This document shows positions 61,594 through 64,000 of a stretch of DNA of 64,000 nt, piece after piece. A program made the position numbers and the translations under genes. The notes beneath the pieces are model-generated. The model searched no databases, was not told the origin of the DNA, and saw nothing but the letters and a program-made list of their open reading frames with translations. Source of the DNA: Acidimicrobiales bacterium (GTDB taxonomy: Bacteria; Actinomycetota; Acidimicrobiia; Acidimicrobiales; SZUA-35). Location: assembly GCA_041394265.1 (NCBI GenBank), contig JAWKIO010000005.1, positions 1,575,401-1,639,400 on the forward strand, given 5' to 3'. How positions within the stretch are numbered: position 1 is the first letter of the stretch; each line of letters starts with the position of its first letter.

Positions 61594-63681
61594 TCACTCG
61601 CCCCGGACTCGCTTCACGATTTCTTCTTGCACGTTGCCAGGCGTTGGCTGGTAACTATCGAACTGCATGGTGTAGCTCGCTCGACCCTGGGTCTTCGACC
61701 GCAGATCGTTCACGTAGCCGAACATCTCCGACAGCGGAACCTGGGCGGTGACGACCTTGTTGGTGCCACGGGCTTCCATCTGGCCGACTCGGCCGCGACG
61801 TGAGTTGAGGTCGCCGATCACGTCGCCCATGTAGTCCTCGGGGGTGACGACCTCGACGGCCATGATCGGCTCGAGGAGGATCGGCTGCGCCTTGCGGGCG
61901 GCCTCGCGGAACGCCATGGTGCCGGCGATCTTGAAGGCCATTTCCGAGGAGTCGACGTCGTGGAACTTGCCGTCGAGCAGGGTGACGCGCACGTCGACGG
62001 TCTGGAACCCGGCGAGGACGCCGTTGGTCATGGCCTCCTTGGCCCCGGCATCGACCGAGGGGATGTACTCACGGGGAACACGACCACCCGTGATCTTGTC
62101 GACGAATTCATAGCCACCACCGGGGCCGGTCGGCTCCAGTGCGATCTGCACCTCGGCGTACTGACCGGTACCGCCGGTCTGCTTCTTGTGGGTGTAGGTG
62201 TGGCTGTCGACCGTGCCGTTGATGGTCTCGCGGTAGGCGACCTGCGGCTTGCCGACACTGGCGTCGACCTTGAACTCGCGGAGCATGCGGTCGACCAAGA
62301 TGTCGAGGTGGAGCTCGCCCATGCCGGCGATGATGGTCTGACCGGTCTCTTCGTCGGTACGCACCGTGAAGGTCGGGTCTTCCTCGGCCAGGGCCATGAG
62401 GGCCTTGCCCATCTTCTCCTGGTCGGCCTTGGTCTTGGGCTCCACGGCCACGTGGATCACGGGATCGGGGAACTCGAGGGATTCGAGGATGATGGCGTGC
62501 GCCGGATCGGTGAGGGTGTCACCGGTGCGGACGTTCTTGACGCCGATCGCCGCCATGATGTCGCCGGTCATGGCGAACTCGCGGTCCTCCTGCTTGTTCG
62601 CGTGCATCTCGAGGAGGCGACCCATCCGCTCCTTCGAACCCGTGCGGGTGTTGAGCACCTGGCTGCCCTTCTCGAGCGTGCCGGAGTACACCCGGAAGTA
62701 GGTGAGCTTGCCGACGTTCGGCGCCGTCATGATCTTGAAGGCCAGAGCCGAGAACGGCTCCTTGTCGTCGGGAGCGCGCTCGGCGTCGTCGCCACCCTTG
62801 AGAAGGGTGCCGTGCACCGGTGGGAGATCGAGCGGTGACGGGAGGTAGTGCACCACGGCGTCGAGGAGAGGCTGGACACCCTTGTTCTTGAACGCCGAGC
62901 CGCACAGGATCGGGACGAGGATGTTGTTGATGCAGGCGTGGCGGATGCCGGCGTGCAGCTGCTCGACGGTGAGGTCCTCGTTCTCGAGGTAGGCCTCCAT
63001 CAGTTCCTCGCTGGTCGAGGCGATGGACTCGACCAGCTCGAGACGGTACTCGGCGGCCTTGTCGGCGTAGTCAGCAGGGATGTCGACGACGTCCCAGGTC
63101 GCGCCCAGATCCTCGTTGTGGTACATCAACGCCTTCATCTCGACCAGGTCGATGATGCCGGCGAAGTCGGACTCGATACCGATCGGCAGCTGGAGGATGG
63201 CGATGTCGGGGGTCAGACGTTCCTTGATGGTGTCGACCACGAAGTAGAAGTCGCCACCGGTGCGGTCGAGCTTGTTGACGAAGCACATGCGGGGAACGCC
63301 GTACTTGTCGGCCTGACGCCACACGGTCTCGGACTGTGGCTCCACGCCCGCAACACCGTCGAACACGGCGACGGCGCCGTCGAGGACGCGCAGCGAGCGC
63401 TCGACCTCGACCGTGAAGTCGACGTGGCCGGGGGTGTCGATGATGTTGATGCGGTGATCGTTCCAGAAGCAGGTGGTGGCAGCGGACGTGATGGTGATGC
63501 CACGCTCCTGTTCCTGCTCCATCCAGTCCATGGTCGCGCCACCATCGTGCACTTCACCGATCTTGTAGTTCTTGCCGGTGTAGTAGAGGATGCGCTCGGT
63601 GGTGGTGGTCTTGCCGGCATCGATGTGCGCCATGATGCCGATGTTGCGATATTTGTCGAGTGGTGTCGGTCGCGAAGACAT
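61594..63681 (-). CDS. fusA: elongation factor G
   Basis: ORF 61594-63897 trimmed to ATG 63681 ([26 protein letters not shown]). Confidence 0.97.
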   Translation of the reverse strand: MSSRPTPLDKYRNIGIMAHIDAGKTTTTERILYYTGKNYKIGEVHDGGATMDWMEQEQERGITITSAATTCFWNDHRINIIDTPGHVDFTVEVERSLRVLDGAVAVFDGVAGVEPQSETVWRQADKYGVPRMCFVNKLDRTGGDFYFVVDTIKERLTPDIAILQLPIGIESDFAGIIDLVEMKALMYHNEDLGATWDVVDIPADYADKAAEYRLELVESIASTSEELMEAYLENEDLTVEQLHAGIRHACINNILVPILCGSAFKNKGVQPLLDAVVHYLPSPLDLPPVHGTLLKGGDDAERAPDDKEPFSALAFKIMTAPNVGKLTYFRVYSGTLEKGSQVLNTRTGSKERMGRLLEMHANKQEDREFAMTGDIMAAIGVKNVRTGDTLTDPAHAIILESLEFPDPVIHVAVEPKTKADQEKMGKALMALAEEDPTFTVRTDEETGQTIIAGMGELHLDILVDRMLREFKVDASVGKPQVAYRETINGTVDSHTYTHKKQTGGTGQYAEVQIALEPTGPGGGYEFVDKITGGRVPREYIPSVDAGAKEAMTNGVLAGFQTVDVRVTLLDGKFHDVDSSEMAFKIAGTMAFREAARKAQPILLEPIMAVEVVTPEDYMGDVIGDLNSRRGRVGQMEARGTNKVVTAQVPLSEMFGYVNDLRSKTQGRASYTMQFDSYQPTPGNVQEEIVKRVRGE

Positions 63682-63929
63682 GATGTTGGCCTCTTCGGCA
63701 GTGGTGGAGAAGGGGGAGCGTCCGGGGGCGGAGGATCCGTTACGGGCGGTCCGAGCGTTCACCCGGACGGGTGCCGAAGCGACGGATGCCTCGGCTGGTC
63801 GAACAATCGGCGGCGACGGTGTGTCGGCCCCGACGGGCCACTCGAGTCGGAGTGGGCGAGCATCGACCCCGCCCGAACGGCGCGGCGGATGCGACAACGA
63901 ACTGCTGGGTGCAGTCGCCGATAGGGCGA

Positions 63930-64000
63930 CTACCAGCGGTAGTGAGCGAAGGCCTTGTTGGACTCGGCCATCTTGTGGAGATCCTCACGCCGCTTGACGG
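63930..64000 (-). CDS. rpsG: 30S ribosomal protein S7, 3' end only (continues beyond the window)
   Basis: The minus-strand reading ends ...[21 protein letters not shown] followed by TAG at 63930-63932. Confidence 0.85.
   Translation of the reverse strand, partial: VKRREDLHKMAESNKAFAHYRW

Noticed and set aside
60367-61803. 478-aa stop-free plus-strand ORF covering tuf
   Set aside because: The translation is nonsense rich in Leu, Arg, His, Thr and Ile. The open frame is a by-product of tuf codons almost never ending in A. It is noted under the tuf composition finding, not treated as a gene.
63682-63929. Relatively long (248 nt) rpsG-fusA spacer with several small hairpins
   Set aside because: No strong or alternative structures and no ORF stood out. 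Spacer length alone is weak evidence.

Overview
High-GC (mostly low to upper 60s %), Actinomycetota-like chromosomal segment, dominated by housekeeping genes and almost all transcribed on the minus strand. From right to left: the str/S10/spc/alpha ribosomal super-operon (rpsG end, fusA, tuf, rpsJ, rplC to rplO, secY, adk, infA, rpmJ, rpsM-rpsK-rpsD-rpoA-rplQ, truA); then rplM-rpsI-glmM, a giant glmS-like gene, acpS, nnr, alr, the t6A genes tsaE-tsaB-rimI-tsaD, and groES-groEL with a CIRCE operator. The left third carries guaA/guaB3, a Nudix/YcaQ pair, a frameshifted FAD oxidase, a bad/ali-like cyclohexanecarboxyl-CoA cluster with a divergent MarR regulator, cdd and several hypothetical genes. 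No rRNA or tRNA genes, CRISPR arrays or transposase/integrase genes were found. The observations most worth a second look are: (1) tuf is a sharply bounded codon-usage and GC island; (2) a 361-nt structured non-coding spacer separates rpsJ from rplC; (3) the GlmS-like protein is about 1148 aa; (4) three perfect or near-perfect tandem-repeat loci lie within 7 kb (truA-rplM spacer, response-regulator tail, adk 3' end); (5) an opposite-strand two-component system sits where map normally lies; (6) a four-gene translationally coupled insert, including a QTMAN/DUF3524-like glycosyltransferase, lies between alr and tsaE; (7) uL22 carries a long tail with a small conserved module. All coordinates, codon counts and structures were worked out by eye. 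All family assignments rest on motif recognition, not database searches.
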